Shown: piece after piece, positions 1 to 10,630 of the stretch
Position numbering within the stretch: the first letter of the stretch is position 1
Layout of the letters: every line of letters starts with the position of its first letter
NCBI GenBank assembly: GCA_949358305.1
Contig: OX442314.1
Coordinates: 11,904,001-11,968,000 of the forward strand
Source of the DNA: Strigamia acuminata
Taxonomy: Eukaryota
DNA length: 64,000 nt
Direction of reading: 5' to 3'
Position numbers and translations under genes: made by a program
The notes under the pieces: generated by a model
The model's database searches: none
Told to the model about the DNA's origin: nothing
Seen by the model: the letters and a program-made list of their open reading frames with translations, nothing else

Positions 1-9
1 ACTTTTATT

Positions 10-2079
10 ATGTCTGACGAAAACATTCATATGAATGAACTCGAAGACCAAACGGATTTAATTCCGGACGATTTAACAGAGTATTGTCAACTCTATAATC
101 TGAATCGGGTTGATTTCAAAACAATAACCGAAGCGGTTAATCATGTACGCGTACTTGAGAAAAGAAATCAGAGAATTAGACCCGATGAAGATGAAGATTC
201 GGAGAACGAAAGTCGGCATTCGCGGACTTCACACCGAACCCCACGGAAAACGATTCCCACGAATCGTAAGCTGGACTTTCCCTCTCCTAAAAAGAGGTTG
301 GGATATCAAGCCCGGATAGGGTCGACTCCCCAGCTAAACGATAGAATGGTACGCGAGCCATCGTTTAGCCGATCCCGTAGTCAACAAAGTTCTGGACAAA
401 GAACACCCAGTTCTAATAGTCCTTTAAATCTAGCCAAACCAAGGTCTAGATCGACTAGTGTTAATCGAATGATTAACAATAGTAATTCGGGTTTTATCCC
501 CCAAACTTCAGGGAATAGACAAAATGTCTCCCAAAACTCGGGACATAGACAGTATGTTACTCCAACATCTGGAAATAGACATTATGCCCCTCCGACACCG
601 GGGAAAGGACAGTTTGTCCCCCCAACGCAGTCAAAAAGAGTGTCAAATCGAACTCCAAGGAGATCCGATCCGATCTCACCGTCCCCCGTTATTCAAAATT
701 TACCGGCGGGAAGAACTCGTTCAAATCAGACACCCCCAGAACGTGTACAAAATAAAAGTAGTGTTCCACATGGACAACATGTACCATCTGGCAATCATAC
801 ACAGCATGAAAATTATGTTCCTCCGAGGAGAGAAATCCCCCAGGACAATCAGGTCCCTAAGGGAAATCTGCCCAATTTTGAACAAAATTCTGGTTCGGCA
901 TCCTCCGCTGGTAGTTCATCTCAAGCGAGATTTTCTACCGACGACTTGGGAACCATCCTTACCTATGTGCGAAATATTCAAACTGATTGTGCACAGCAAG
1001 TACAACAATTTATGCAGAATAATGCACAGCAAAATAATAATGCAAACAATTCAAATAAAACCTTTTTCAAAGGTCAAGATATGCCTGTTTTTGATGGAAA
1101 ACAGAAGGACGTGGCTAAATTTTTAGCTACAGCCAAAACAGTCGCTGTCGCTAAAGGTTTAACTCTAGATGAGATGGTAAAACGCGGAATACCAACTTAT
1201 TTATCTGGTATAGCCCACGAATGGCATACCGATAACCTCGACAAATTTGTTGACTGGAAAACTTTCGAAAAGATGTTTTTGGCGGAGTTTGACATGATCC
1301 CTGTCACCCGAGCCCGAAAGCTTCGAAATTTAATCCAGGGCCCAGAAGAGCCACTCTATACATTTCTTTTGAGATTTAAACAAGCTCAAGGATCTTATTC
1401 AAAAAGAGATGAAGCTCCTACTCTTCTCGAGAATTTGAACTTAGTTAGTTACAATCGAATAATCGATAGAGGTCTCTATGAAGAATCATTTAATGACATA
1501 TTTCAATTTGTCCGACAAAATAGGGCCCTTTTTGAAGCCCAAAATGCTAGTGTGGACACTATTGCCAATAAAGAGGACGAAACTGTCCCGTCAAATACTC
1601 AAAAAGGTAAAGACGCCAGGAGTTCGCGCCCACTCATACGCTCTACTCAGACGTTGAACGCCGAACCAGAAGTTGTACCTATGGAATCTGACGAGACAGA
1701 CAATCTTGAAAACGATGTTGGATTCAGCAACATGGTATGTGCCCTATCGGAGAAAGCAACTGGAAAATGTTTCCATTGCAATCAACCAGGACACTTTAAG
1801 AGGGAATGTCCTTTGTTACAAAAAAGAAAATTTGTTCAGGACAAGCCCCAAGGTACTGGTAATAATACCAATTCCAATCCCACCTCTGATCTTTTTAAAC
1901 GACAGAGGCAAAATTGGGTGACCGCTGAATCTTTGGACCAAAAACTTGAAGACTTCAAAACTACTATGCAAACTAGTATGACAAAATCCATGTCGGACTT
2001 ATTCACTAAATTTTTGGATCCAAAAAATGCAACCACTCCACCTTTGGCGATTGAAGGTCCACCGGCCCCAAAAAACTAG
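10..2079 (+). CDS. gag: Gag polyprotein, 689 aa
   Basis: Capsid-like region (MPVFDGKQKDVAKFL...YLSGIAHEWH...F...F...F) and CCHC zinc knuckle CFHCNQPGHFKREC; long disordered S/P/R-rich N-terminus. Confidence 0.92.
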   Translation: MSDENIHMNELEDQTDLIPDDLTEYCQLYNLNRVDFKTITEAVNHVRVLEKRNQRIRPDEDEDSENESRHSRTSHRTPRKTIPTNRKLDFPSPKKRLGYQARIGSTPQLNDRMVREPSFSRSRSQQSSGQRTPSSNSPLNLAKPRSRSTSVNRMINNSNSGFIPQTSGNRQNVSQNSGHRQYVTPTSGNRHYAPPTPGKGQFVPPTQSKRVSNRTPRRSDPISPSPVIQNLPAGRTRSNQTPPERVQNKSSVPHGQHVPSGNHTQHENYVPPRREIPQDNQVPKGNLPNFEQNSGSASSAGSSSQARFSTDDLGTILTYVRNIQTDCAQQVQQFMQNNAQQNNNANNSNKTFFKGQDMPVFDGKQKDVAKFLATAKTVAVAKGLTLDEMVKRGIPTYLSGIAHEWHTDNLDKFVDWKTFEKMFLAEFDMIPVTRARKLRNLIQGPEEPLYTFLLRFKQAQGSYSKRDEAPTLLENLNLVSYNRIIDRGLYEESFNDIFQFVRQNRALFEAQNASVDTIANKEDETVPSNTQKGKDARSSRPLIRSTQTLNAEPEVVPMESDETDNLENDVGFSNMVCALSEKATGKCFHCNQPGHFKRECPLLQKRKFVQDKPQGTGNNTNSNPTSDLFKRQRQNWVTAESLDQKLEDFKTTMQTSMTKSMSDLFTKFLDPKNATTPPLAIEGPPAPKN

Positions 2080-2104
2080 TAGAGGGGGTTACCGAAAACC
2101 CCCT
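2070..2104 (+). promoter_or_regulatory. -1 programmed ribosomal frameshift signal (gag-pol)
   Basis: Slippery heptamer A AAA AAC at 2070-2076 in gag phase, 6-nt spacer, 8-bp stem AGGGGGTT (2083-2090) / AACCCCCT (2097-2104); the -1 frame is open into pol. Confidence 0.85.
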
Positions 2105-5100
2105 AAAAAACCAGAGTAGTACATTATCCTCAGAAATAGAAAATGTTTTAAACGAAACGCTGAATAAATTAGTAATTCAAGATGAGGAAATTAAACGACC
2201 TAATCGTAAAACTAGGAAAAGAAATCCAAAGTATGCATTTAAGGAACCTTATCCTAACACTCCTTTTTCGGTGGAAGAGACTGAAAATCCGTTTACATCA
2301 TTCGATGACGACCTCTTTCCTACGGATAAGGGGGACGAATCTTGGCGAGAGTCCTTGAATGCAATAGTTGAAAGCGCTATAAATCCTCCTGTTCGAGAGG
2401 AAACCACTAGTTCTAGTGGAGGAGTATGCGAAAGTTTGGAGGCAATGATGGAAAATTTAGATATCTCCTCGAAATTATCTAGACATCATAGACTTCGTAA
2501 ATATGTCAAAGAACATCAGCTCAAGAGAGCTGAAGTAGTTGAACGCATCAAACGTTTGGGAAACAGTATCGACGACCCCCGAATGAAAGTAACAATAGGT
2601 GGACTCACCTATAATGCTTTAATGGATTCAGGAGCCACCCAATGTTTTATTGGATTACAATTACTTGACAGTACTTGTGCCTCCCCTGACTTCATTCAAG
2701 ATTGCCCCCGAAATATGAAAGTTTGTGCCGTCGGCATAACTCATATCCCGTTAGGGCAAATAACCCTTTGTGTTCAATGGGCGGATGGAGTAGAATTCAC
2801 TCCAATGAATTTCATCATTTTAGACAGAAATGTGTGTGGCCTAATTTTAGGACACAATTTTATGCGTCGTACCACAATCAATTTAAATCCAGCACGAGCT
2901 GAATTTGATTGTGACAACAAACCTGGTTGGACTGCGCCTTACGTAGATAACGAACTTAATGACAGTCTAGCGAGGTTACGCACAATAAAAAACGACGGAA
3001 CAATCACTCATACACCCGACAATTGGGAAGAATTGTTGGTGAAAGATTGTGATTGCTCCGACGAGGAAAAGACCAAATTACTAGAAGTAATTTCCGGAAT
3101 CAAGCACGTCTTTCGGGACAAAGTTGGTTGTACGAACCTTGCTAAACATAAGATTACGTTTAAAAAGGACGCGAAATGGAAAAAACAACCATTTCGCATG
3201 TACAATCCAGCTAAAATTGCGATTATGACCAAACTAGTTGAAGAGCTAGAAGCAGAGAATCTCATTGAGAAATCTACGGGACCTTATATAAGTCATCCCG
3301 TAATAGTTGCCAAACCAAATGGCACATATAGGTTATGTATTGATTACCGATGGCTAAATGCGATCACCGAAATCAATGCAATCCAAATGCCCAGTATTGA
3401 TTTGCTCATGCACAATACGAATCAGGCAAAATACTTCACCTCACTTGACCTTACAAAAGGATATTATCAAGTAGAGATGGAAGATGAAGATAAGCAGAAA
3501 ACTGCTTTCTATACTCCAAAAGGCAACTATCAATTTGTACGTATGCCATTTGGGTTATGTAACGCGCCTTGTACATTTCAAGCTCTAATGGAACAAGTTA
3601 TGGGTGACGCGTTATATAAACATGCATTAGTCTATTTAGACGATGTAATCATCTTTTCTCAGACCTGGGACCAACATCTCGGTCACATCAAAGATGTCTT
3701 AGAATGACTAGACAAAGCCAACTTGTCCGTAAATAAAGAAAAGTCTAAGTTCGGCAGAACTACGCTAAAATTTCTGGGACATTTAATCACTCCAAATGGA
3801 TTGGCCCCGGATCCTGACAAAATCGCGTCAGTACGAAAATTTCCAACCCCAAAAACATCGAAAGATGTTCAAAGGTTTCACGGGTTGGCAAATTTCTTTA
3901 GGAAGTTTATTCCTAACCACGGTGAAATTGCTACTCCACTGACTAGCATAATGCATGAGAAAGCAACTTTTGTCTGGGGACAAGAGCAAATGGACGCTTT
4001 CGAAAGAATTAAAGACATCTTATGCGACGAAACTCAAGTTTTATTAATGCCTAATATGCTCGAACCCTTTGTGATTCTAACGGACGCTTCACATTCAGGA
4101 TTAGGAGCGGTATTATGCCAAGATGTGGATTTTCTTGACAAAAACAAGGACAAATGGATTAAAACTCCAAGACCCGTAGCTTACGCTAGTCGCGTACTTC
4201 GAGGAGCCGAGCAACGTTACACTACTCCCGAACTAGAGTGTCTAGCGGTAGTATGGGCTGTAGAACGTTTCCGCCCTTACATAGAATACACGTCTTTCAC
4301 CCTGGAGTCAGATGCAGAAGCCTTAAAATGGCTAATGGGGACGCCAGAACCTTCTGGTCGTTTTGGCCGATGGGCAATTAAACTGCAATGCGGCGCCTTT
4401 AAAATTAAGTATCGTCGTGGTACTCAAAATCAAGTCGCAGACGCATTTTCAAGAGCTCCTTTGAGTATTGAAGACATTCCGAAGGATGATTATATCGAAC
4501 CCACAGAAATAACTCAATTCTGGCCCGAGTGGGACGGAAATAAAGAAGTTACTCGTAGAGAAGAACCAAAACCCTGTCAGTTCTTAACAAACGTGTCAGT
4601 AAAGTTTGATTATTCCAAAAAATTAAATAATTCTTTGGAAAAGGGGGAGAAAGGTCATGTTGAACCAGAAACTTTATTTAGTGCGTTAACCGAAGTACTA
4701 AGTATAGTTCCTCCTACCAGAGCAGAAATCATCGAAGCTCAGCTCAAAGATTACGAATGCAGAAAAATAATAACTCATCTAAAGTTAGATGAAGTTGAAC
4801 AAAAGAAAAATAGGAAAACTAAGCGATGGATGAAAGACATCAAAGGCTACCAACTAGATTTCAAAGAAAATCATGATAATGAAGATGAGAATAGTAATGA
4901 TTCTGAAATGTTAATCTTCTTCAAACCAACATTTGAAGAAGAATTAAATGATTCCGGCAACGGATTTAAAGCGGTGATTCCACCGTCTTTAGTACGACGA
5001 GTGTTGTTCGCATGCCACGGACATCCGTTAAGTGGACACGCGGGGATGAGTAAAACGCTCGAACGAGCGAAACTCATCTATTATTGGCCTAAAATGAGCA

Positions 5101-6401
5101 AAGACACGTGTAATTATGTTCGTAGTTGTGTTCATTGCCAACAATACAAACCTAGTCAACACCGCAAACACAGAGCGAGTTATACTCCTCACAATATGGC
5201 ACAGCCATGGGAAGTTCTTTGTTTAGACTTCATGGGTCCCAAACCCGCTGGACAATACCAACATAAATATATTTTAGTAGGAATCGATCAATGTACTAAA
5301 TGGGTAGAATTAGCCCCATTAAGCAAAGCTTCAAGTGAAGCAATTATAACAAAATTAGGTGATATCGTACATAGATGGGGTTACCCCAGGAAAATTATCA
5401 GCGATAATGGAAAACAGTTCGCATCCACCATCTATGAGGGTTTCTGTAAAAGGCACAACATTAAAATGACTCATATAAGTCCTTATCATGCTCAGGCCAA
5501 CCCCACAGAACGGGCAAACAGGGATATCAAAATAATGCTTGCAATTTATTCTGATGTGCACTCTCACTGGCCACGTTTTCTGAATGAATTTGCATTTGCA
5601 TCCAGGACGGCAAAATCCGAAGCAACCGGATCGACGCCATTTTTATTAAATACGGGAAGAATAGTAACACTACCTTTCGACCCGCGAATTATTCAACACG
5701 CGAATAAATTCGATAAAAATAACCCTGAGGAATTCGTGTTTAATTTACTCGGGATTCTACGAAGAGCACACCAAGAAATGCACCGTAGGATCCAACTAAA
5801 TTACGAGAAACACGACAGAATTCACCGTAATAAATTTCATATTTGCAAATATGAAGTAGGTGATTTAGTCTGGAAAAATACACATATTCTTTCCAATCAA
5901 GACAAAGGCATTATTAAAGGATTTGCTGAAAAACGAGACGGACCGTGGGAAATCACGGCCGTATTAACAGGAGGTGCATACGCCTTACGAAAATTATTAG
6001 ATGATTCAATTGAACCATCAATAAATACGGATGATCTCACCCCGTATATCCCTTCATACCCGATTGAGACATGGACTCTGGGTCAGAAAAAAGGAAAATT
6101 GGAAGATCACCCAAACCCTGATTGGATGTCGGCAAATTCCGAATTTAACAAATCTAATTCACAAGAATTAGATAATCAAGATATGGAAGAACTTCCTCAA
6201 GAAAGTCTTGAACAAGAAGAAAGAATAATTCCTACCTCAAATGAAAATGGAAACGAGATTATCGATACACGAAGTAATAACTCGAATAAACGGAAGCGAA
6301 CAGCTGACCTTCCGGAAATAATCTCGAGACCGAAAAGAACTTCGAGGCCAAATCCGAAATACACTACGGATTTTGTGCAGATGATTCAAGAACGTCGTTA
6401 A
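2070..6401 (+). CDS. pol: Pol polyprotein (protease, RT, RNase H, integrase) interrupted by one in-frame TGA at 3705-3707
   Basis: ALMDSGA protease; LDLTKGYYQ, MPFGL and YLDD RT motifs; TDAS RNase H; H-H-C-C zinc finger, DDE core and GPW motif of integrase; ORFs 2271-3707 and 3723-6401 are in the same frame. Confidence 0.93.
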
Positions 6402-6993
6402 AAAGATTCTTAATATAAAAAGAATATTCTAAAAGATATTGATTTAAATCGGATATTGAATATTCAAATTGAAAATTCGCGAAGTCACCTGATAAATTAT
6501 GACCCCGGGTGGAGAGTAAAAGATTCGTTCTATATTCAGTCTTCTAACACACACGTGAGAGGAGAAGAACTTTGTCGAATTCAACGAAAATCACGGTCAA
6601 ACGCGTTGACATTGTTAGCTATAAATCAGCGAATACAGGTATTATGATTATGCATATAAAGTTATATCTATATATCATGAAATTTCTTTGAATATTCGAA
6701 GAAATACGAACCAGCGGAATTCGTTTACTAGCGGCGGAGGATTTGAAAGCCACGTGCTCTAAACTCCAAGTTATCGTCGAGGCGACTACACTTAGAATTC
6801 TACAAGCTACGCTTCTAAAGGAAGCAGGACATTTTCGTAAGTTCGATGAAATTATCAATACACAAAAGTGAAAAGTTGTAACGAATTATAATTATAAAAT
6901 TCGTAAATTGAGTTACGCGTCTTCTCAATAGAGGGCGCGCGCATACAAAAGTATTGCAAATAAAACTAAAACGTTTTCTATATTTGTAGAATT

Positions 6994-8604
6994 ATGGTCA
7001 AGAAGATACCAATTAAAAAGCGGCGAATTGTGATTCAGTCGAGTTCTTCGGAGGAAGAAGACACGCCAACAGTCAACCCGACCATCGTAACGGTCCCGGG
7101 AGCGCCAAATACTCCTATTGTGCTCGACCAAAAAGGATGGGACATATTAACCTGGGCCCGAAACAACCCAGACGCTCTCCCAAAGGAAATTCGCCCAAAA
7201 ACGGCTGTACCCAAAACGGCGATGGAGGTTACCCAAGAAACCTTCATTATACCAAAAAAGGACAGTTTTTCCAAAAGCCATCCTTTACAGTCGATCCCTA
7301 AACCAAGTACGAGTCGAATGAACGATTCGTCGACCTCTCATGAGAGAAGTCTGGACGAGATTGTCCAATTAGAGGCGAATCGAAATCCCGAGGGAAATCG
7401 CCACCAAGACAACAAACGTAAACAGCGAGAGTACGTCCATTACGACTCGCCGCCACCCACGACTTCGCGCGAAGTAGTGTATACCCCAAGATATAATACG
7501 GCCAGAGTAAAACGTACGTTTGTGTCCACGAGAGCCCCCAAACTACAGCCGATGACTGCTCAACAAAGAGCAGCTAATAAGCAAGAAAAGGCACTGCGTC
7601 GAAAAGCCGCCTGCGATCGTGACTTAGAATTGGGAATTCCACACGACAATTTGGAGCTCGCAAAGGGCGAAATACCGTGCCCCTTCTGTTTCGGGGTTGG
7701 TTGGATGTCCGGCTCCGGGACAGGGTGCCATTTAGCATCATGCGGGAATTGTCTCGGATCAAAACGACGATTGAAAATCCAACCCTGGAACCCCAAGTTT
7801 GTTTCATTCGTGGTTAAAGGGTTGTTCGATCCAGTACCCCGAAAATGGGCAACCTGCCACCTTTGTAAGGCTTTACTATCTAACGATGGCAAAGCTGTAT
7901 ACGAGGATCCCGAATTTATGAATTCGCGAAGAACGCCCCTTGGTCTTCAAATGGGTTTGGAAAAAATGCCAAGTGTTGTCTGCGTAGATAACGCGACCCA
8001 AACGGAAGAAGCCACATTGGTTCCCATGCCAAATATCGCGGAACACGGGATTTCGAACGAATTCTTAATCGAACCCTACCAAGTTCCCCCGAACACCAAG
8101 ATAGGACAGTTATTCGTTTGGGAGGTCGAATACTACTACCCCATCGTAGCTCGACTTGCGATAATAATTTCTCGCCAATTGATTACGGGTCTTCCCGATC
8201 AAATAACGGTAGGATACGTGACCAGGATCATGCAAATGATCTTGAATCCACGTCGCGTTGAGGGCTTCAACATTTTGGAGCACCTTTGGAATCTGCTCGT
8301 GGGAAAAATCGCAGCTGAGATGAAAAACCAAATATGTGAAGGCTGGATTTTGGTTTTGCCCCCGGTGATTGACATCTACGAAGATCTCAAAAAGATGATC
8401 GATGAAGAAGACAGATCGACTGATCAGCCTGAAGCAGGGGATAAAGCACCCGAAACGCCCATCGCCACGGAAGTTGTTGCGACCGCTGCATTTTTCATAG
8501 ATCGGCAACCGGAAGAACCCCTTCCCGCCAAGAAACGTGGCAAAAAGTCTTCTTCAAAGGACAGGCAAAAGCCCGCCACGGAGACCGAAAAAGGTCAAGA
8601 TTAA
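6994..8604 (+). CDS. Retroelement ORF3, 536 aa, Cys-rich, not env-like
   Basis: Long ORF between pol and PPT; acceptor-like tttgtag 4 nt before the ATG; CPFC, CHLASCGNC and CHLC motifs; basic termini; no signal peptide or C-terminal TM anchor. Confidence 0.75.
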   Translation: MVKKIPIKKRRIVIQSSSSEEEDTPTVNPTIVTVPGAPNTPIVLDQKGWDILTWARNNPDALPKEIRPKTAVPKTAMEVTQETFIIPKKDSFSKSHPLQSIPKPSTSRMNDSSTSHERSLDEIVQLEANRNPEGNRHQDNKRKQREYVHYDSPPPTTSREVVYTPRYNTARVKRTFVSTRAPKLQPMTAQQRAANKQEKALRRKAACDRDLELGIPHDNLELAKGEIPCPFCFGVGWMSGSGTGCHLASCGNCLGSKRRLKIQPWNPKFVSFVVKGLFDPVPRKWATCHLCKALLSNDGKAVYEDPEFMNSRRTPLGLQMGLEKMPSVVCVDNATQTEEATLVPMPNIAEHGISNEFLIEPYQVPPNTKIGQLFVWEVEYYYPIVARLAIIISRQLITGLPDQITVGYVTRIMQMILNPRRVEGFNILEHLWNLLVGKIAAEMKNQICEGWILVLPPVIDIYEDLKKMIDEEDRSTDQPEAGDKAPETPIATEVVATAAFFIDRQPEEPLPAKKRGKKSSSKDRQKPATETEKGQD

Positions 8605-8964
8605 GCCATGTTCAAAGTTAAAACAATTAGCAGTTTGTTTGTGTGTTCTGTGATAAAAACAAAAATATAATATGTAACCAGAAAATTCTTTAACGAAGAT
8701 TTTTGTAAGAAGTGCTTCTTCGTTATACGAAAAGACTTCATGTTTATTGTTTTAATAATAACCAAACTATTTTTATAACCGTCTCTGAAAGGAGAAAATA
8801 AAAAAGCATTTTTTGAGCATCCTAAGGATAAGAACATGTTTATTAAAAAACACTCGTGGGCCTTATAAATATTGGAAATAAAATATTTATTGACATGGAT
8901 GAATTTGACACGAATGATATTCCTAAAGAATAACATAAAATATAAGAGTATATGTTTAGTTATT

Positions 8965-8972
8965 AAGGGGGA
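8965..8972 (+). other. Polypurine tract
   Basis: AAGGGGGA directly before the TG start of the LTR. Confidence 0.75.
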
Positions 8973-8974
8973 TG

Positions 8975-10630
8975 TGTGACAAATTAGCAATAGATGGCGC
9001 CACTAGTACTAGCGGCAAATTCAACCTCGAACTTACTATTTTACATAGAAATGGTTCACAAAACATATTGTTATGTTTGCTATGACTAAATATAATTTAG
9101 ATCGATAATATAAAGTTATATTATCAATACTCAATAAGACAAAGCAGGTATTCTTGCTTTATCACGGGTACGCGACCTGAAACCCATTTTCAGAATGTAT
9201 TTCCGTTCTGTGTATCCATTTCCTGTCCCCGGTATCCCGTTCCGGTTTATGCTAAAAGATTAGCATAATCCCAATTTGCGTCTCCATATCCACTTCCTGC
9301 GATACGAGATTGGTGGAACCTAATCCCACCGAGTATAAAACTCCCTGACAACAGGAAGTAAAGCTAGTTCTTGATTTCTGGTTATTTGGTATGTTCCGCA
9401 TGTCAAATAACTGTTTCTTACTCAGGGCATGGGCCTACCGGTCCATGCATAGCATGGCTCTGCTGAGCCATGCAACCCCCGTCAACTGAAGGCGAAGTTC
9501 GGACTGTTAATGTTTCCGTCAAACGGTCTTGCCGAGGAGAAAGCCTCCCGCATAAGTATCCTCGTGGTCGGACAATAGAATCACGTGTGATACCAAAGTA
9601 TTTAGTAACCGTTAGTAGCACTGTTACTGAAAGAGATTGACTCCATCACTTGATGGTGCCAAAGCAGTCTGCATGCAAAACATGCAGTTACCGCCAGTAG
9701 CACTATGTGTTTGGGAAAGTTATATCTCTTCGGTGATGGTGCCAAAGCAGTCTACTTATGAGTAGTATCTCGGGTGATTAATTCTGTTGTGCAGAACTGC
9801 GGGCTATATCCCCCTGAATACCAGTGCCGTCTCTCACCGCACTGTTATTTAGGGCACGCGCGATACTGTTCTGCTCAGCAAGGCGAACTTTGACGGCAAT
9901 TGTGTGTTGCGATGTTTAACCTTTATTATATTTTGTAGTTGATAAATACACCCTAATTGTTTAAACTTGGCAACAAGTTAACAACCGAAGTAAGTCACGA
10001 GACTTATTTCACTGTATGACGAATCAAATTCGTGACAATAAATTGAATACAATTTATTGAGTTAATTTATTAAACTCACAACATCCCGAATTAATTATAA
10101 TTCAGAAGTGGAACCTTGAAGAATAAATGACTTCATTTATTCATTACCAATTTCCAACCCTAGTTGTGGCGGTGCACATGAGTCAACCGCACCTCTCGGA
10201 TCGAACCAAGAAGCATTACACGATACGAACCAGGAACACGAAGGAGCGCGAAGGAACCAGTTTCACGATTACGGAGCGCCGACGGAAGCCGCGAGGACAC
10301 AGCCAGCCCGGCTACGCGTAGATGACATCTTTAACTCGGTCGAGCGGGCGTTTTGCCGTTCCCGAACCCCGGATCACCAATAACCGTAATCATATTATTT
10401 TAGGGCTGTTCCACAGCCAATTATTTGTATAGTTTAACTTGTAAATTAACTTGCCAAATGTCGGCATTAGAATTTGTATAACTTTTAGATTTGATTCTAT
10501 TGTTTGACAACAATAAATGTTATGTTTTGAGAAACTTGTTGTCTTTATTTTATCTCGTATTATTCACTATTTCACGCGACTTATACCCGGTACTATCATG
10601 CGATAAGGAGTTGTGGTCGTCACCGTCACA
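8975..10630 (+). repeat. 3' LTR (about 1.66 kb)
   Basis: Starts TGTGAC after the PPT and ends GTCACA; TATAAAA near 9334 and AATAAA at 10512; right end inferred from the terminal inverted hexamer only. Confidence 0.75.

Larger units (their letters stand above)
1..10630 (+). mobile_element. Ty3/Gypsy LTR retrotransposon (5' LTR and PBS lie upstream of the window)
   Basis: gag, then PR-RT-RNaseH-IN order in pol, an extra ORF3, a polypurine tract and a TGTGAC...GTCACA bounded LTR. Confidence 0.95.

Noticed and set aside
495..630. Degenerate 10-aa repeat in Gag (PTSGNRxYxP-like)
   Set aside because: Ordinary low-complexity expansion in a disordered region
524..1126. 200-aa ORF overlapping gag in another frame
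   Set aside because: No recognisable motifs; lies over low-complexity gag sequence; treated as a shadow ORF
10100..10115. TCAGAAGTGG resembling a tRNA-Leu primer binding site
   Set aside because: Only a partial match, lacks the TGG start and lies inside the inferred LTR
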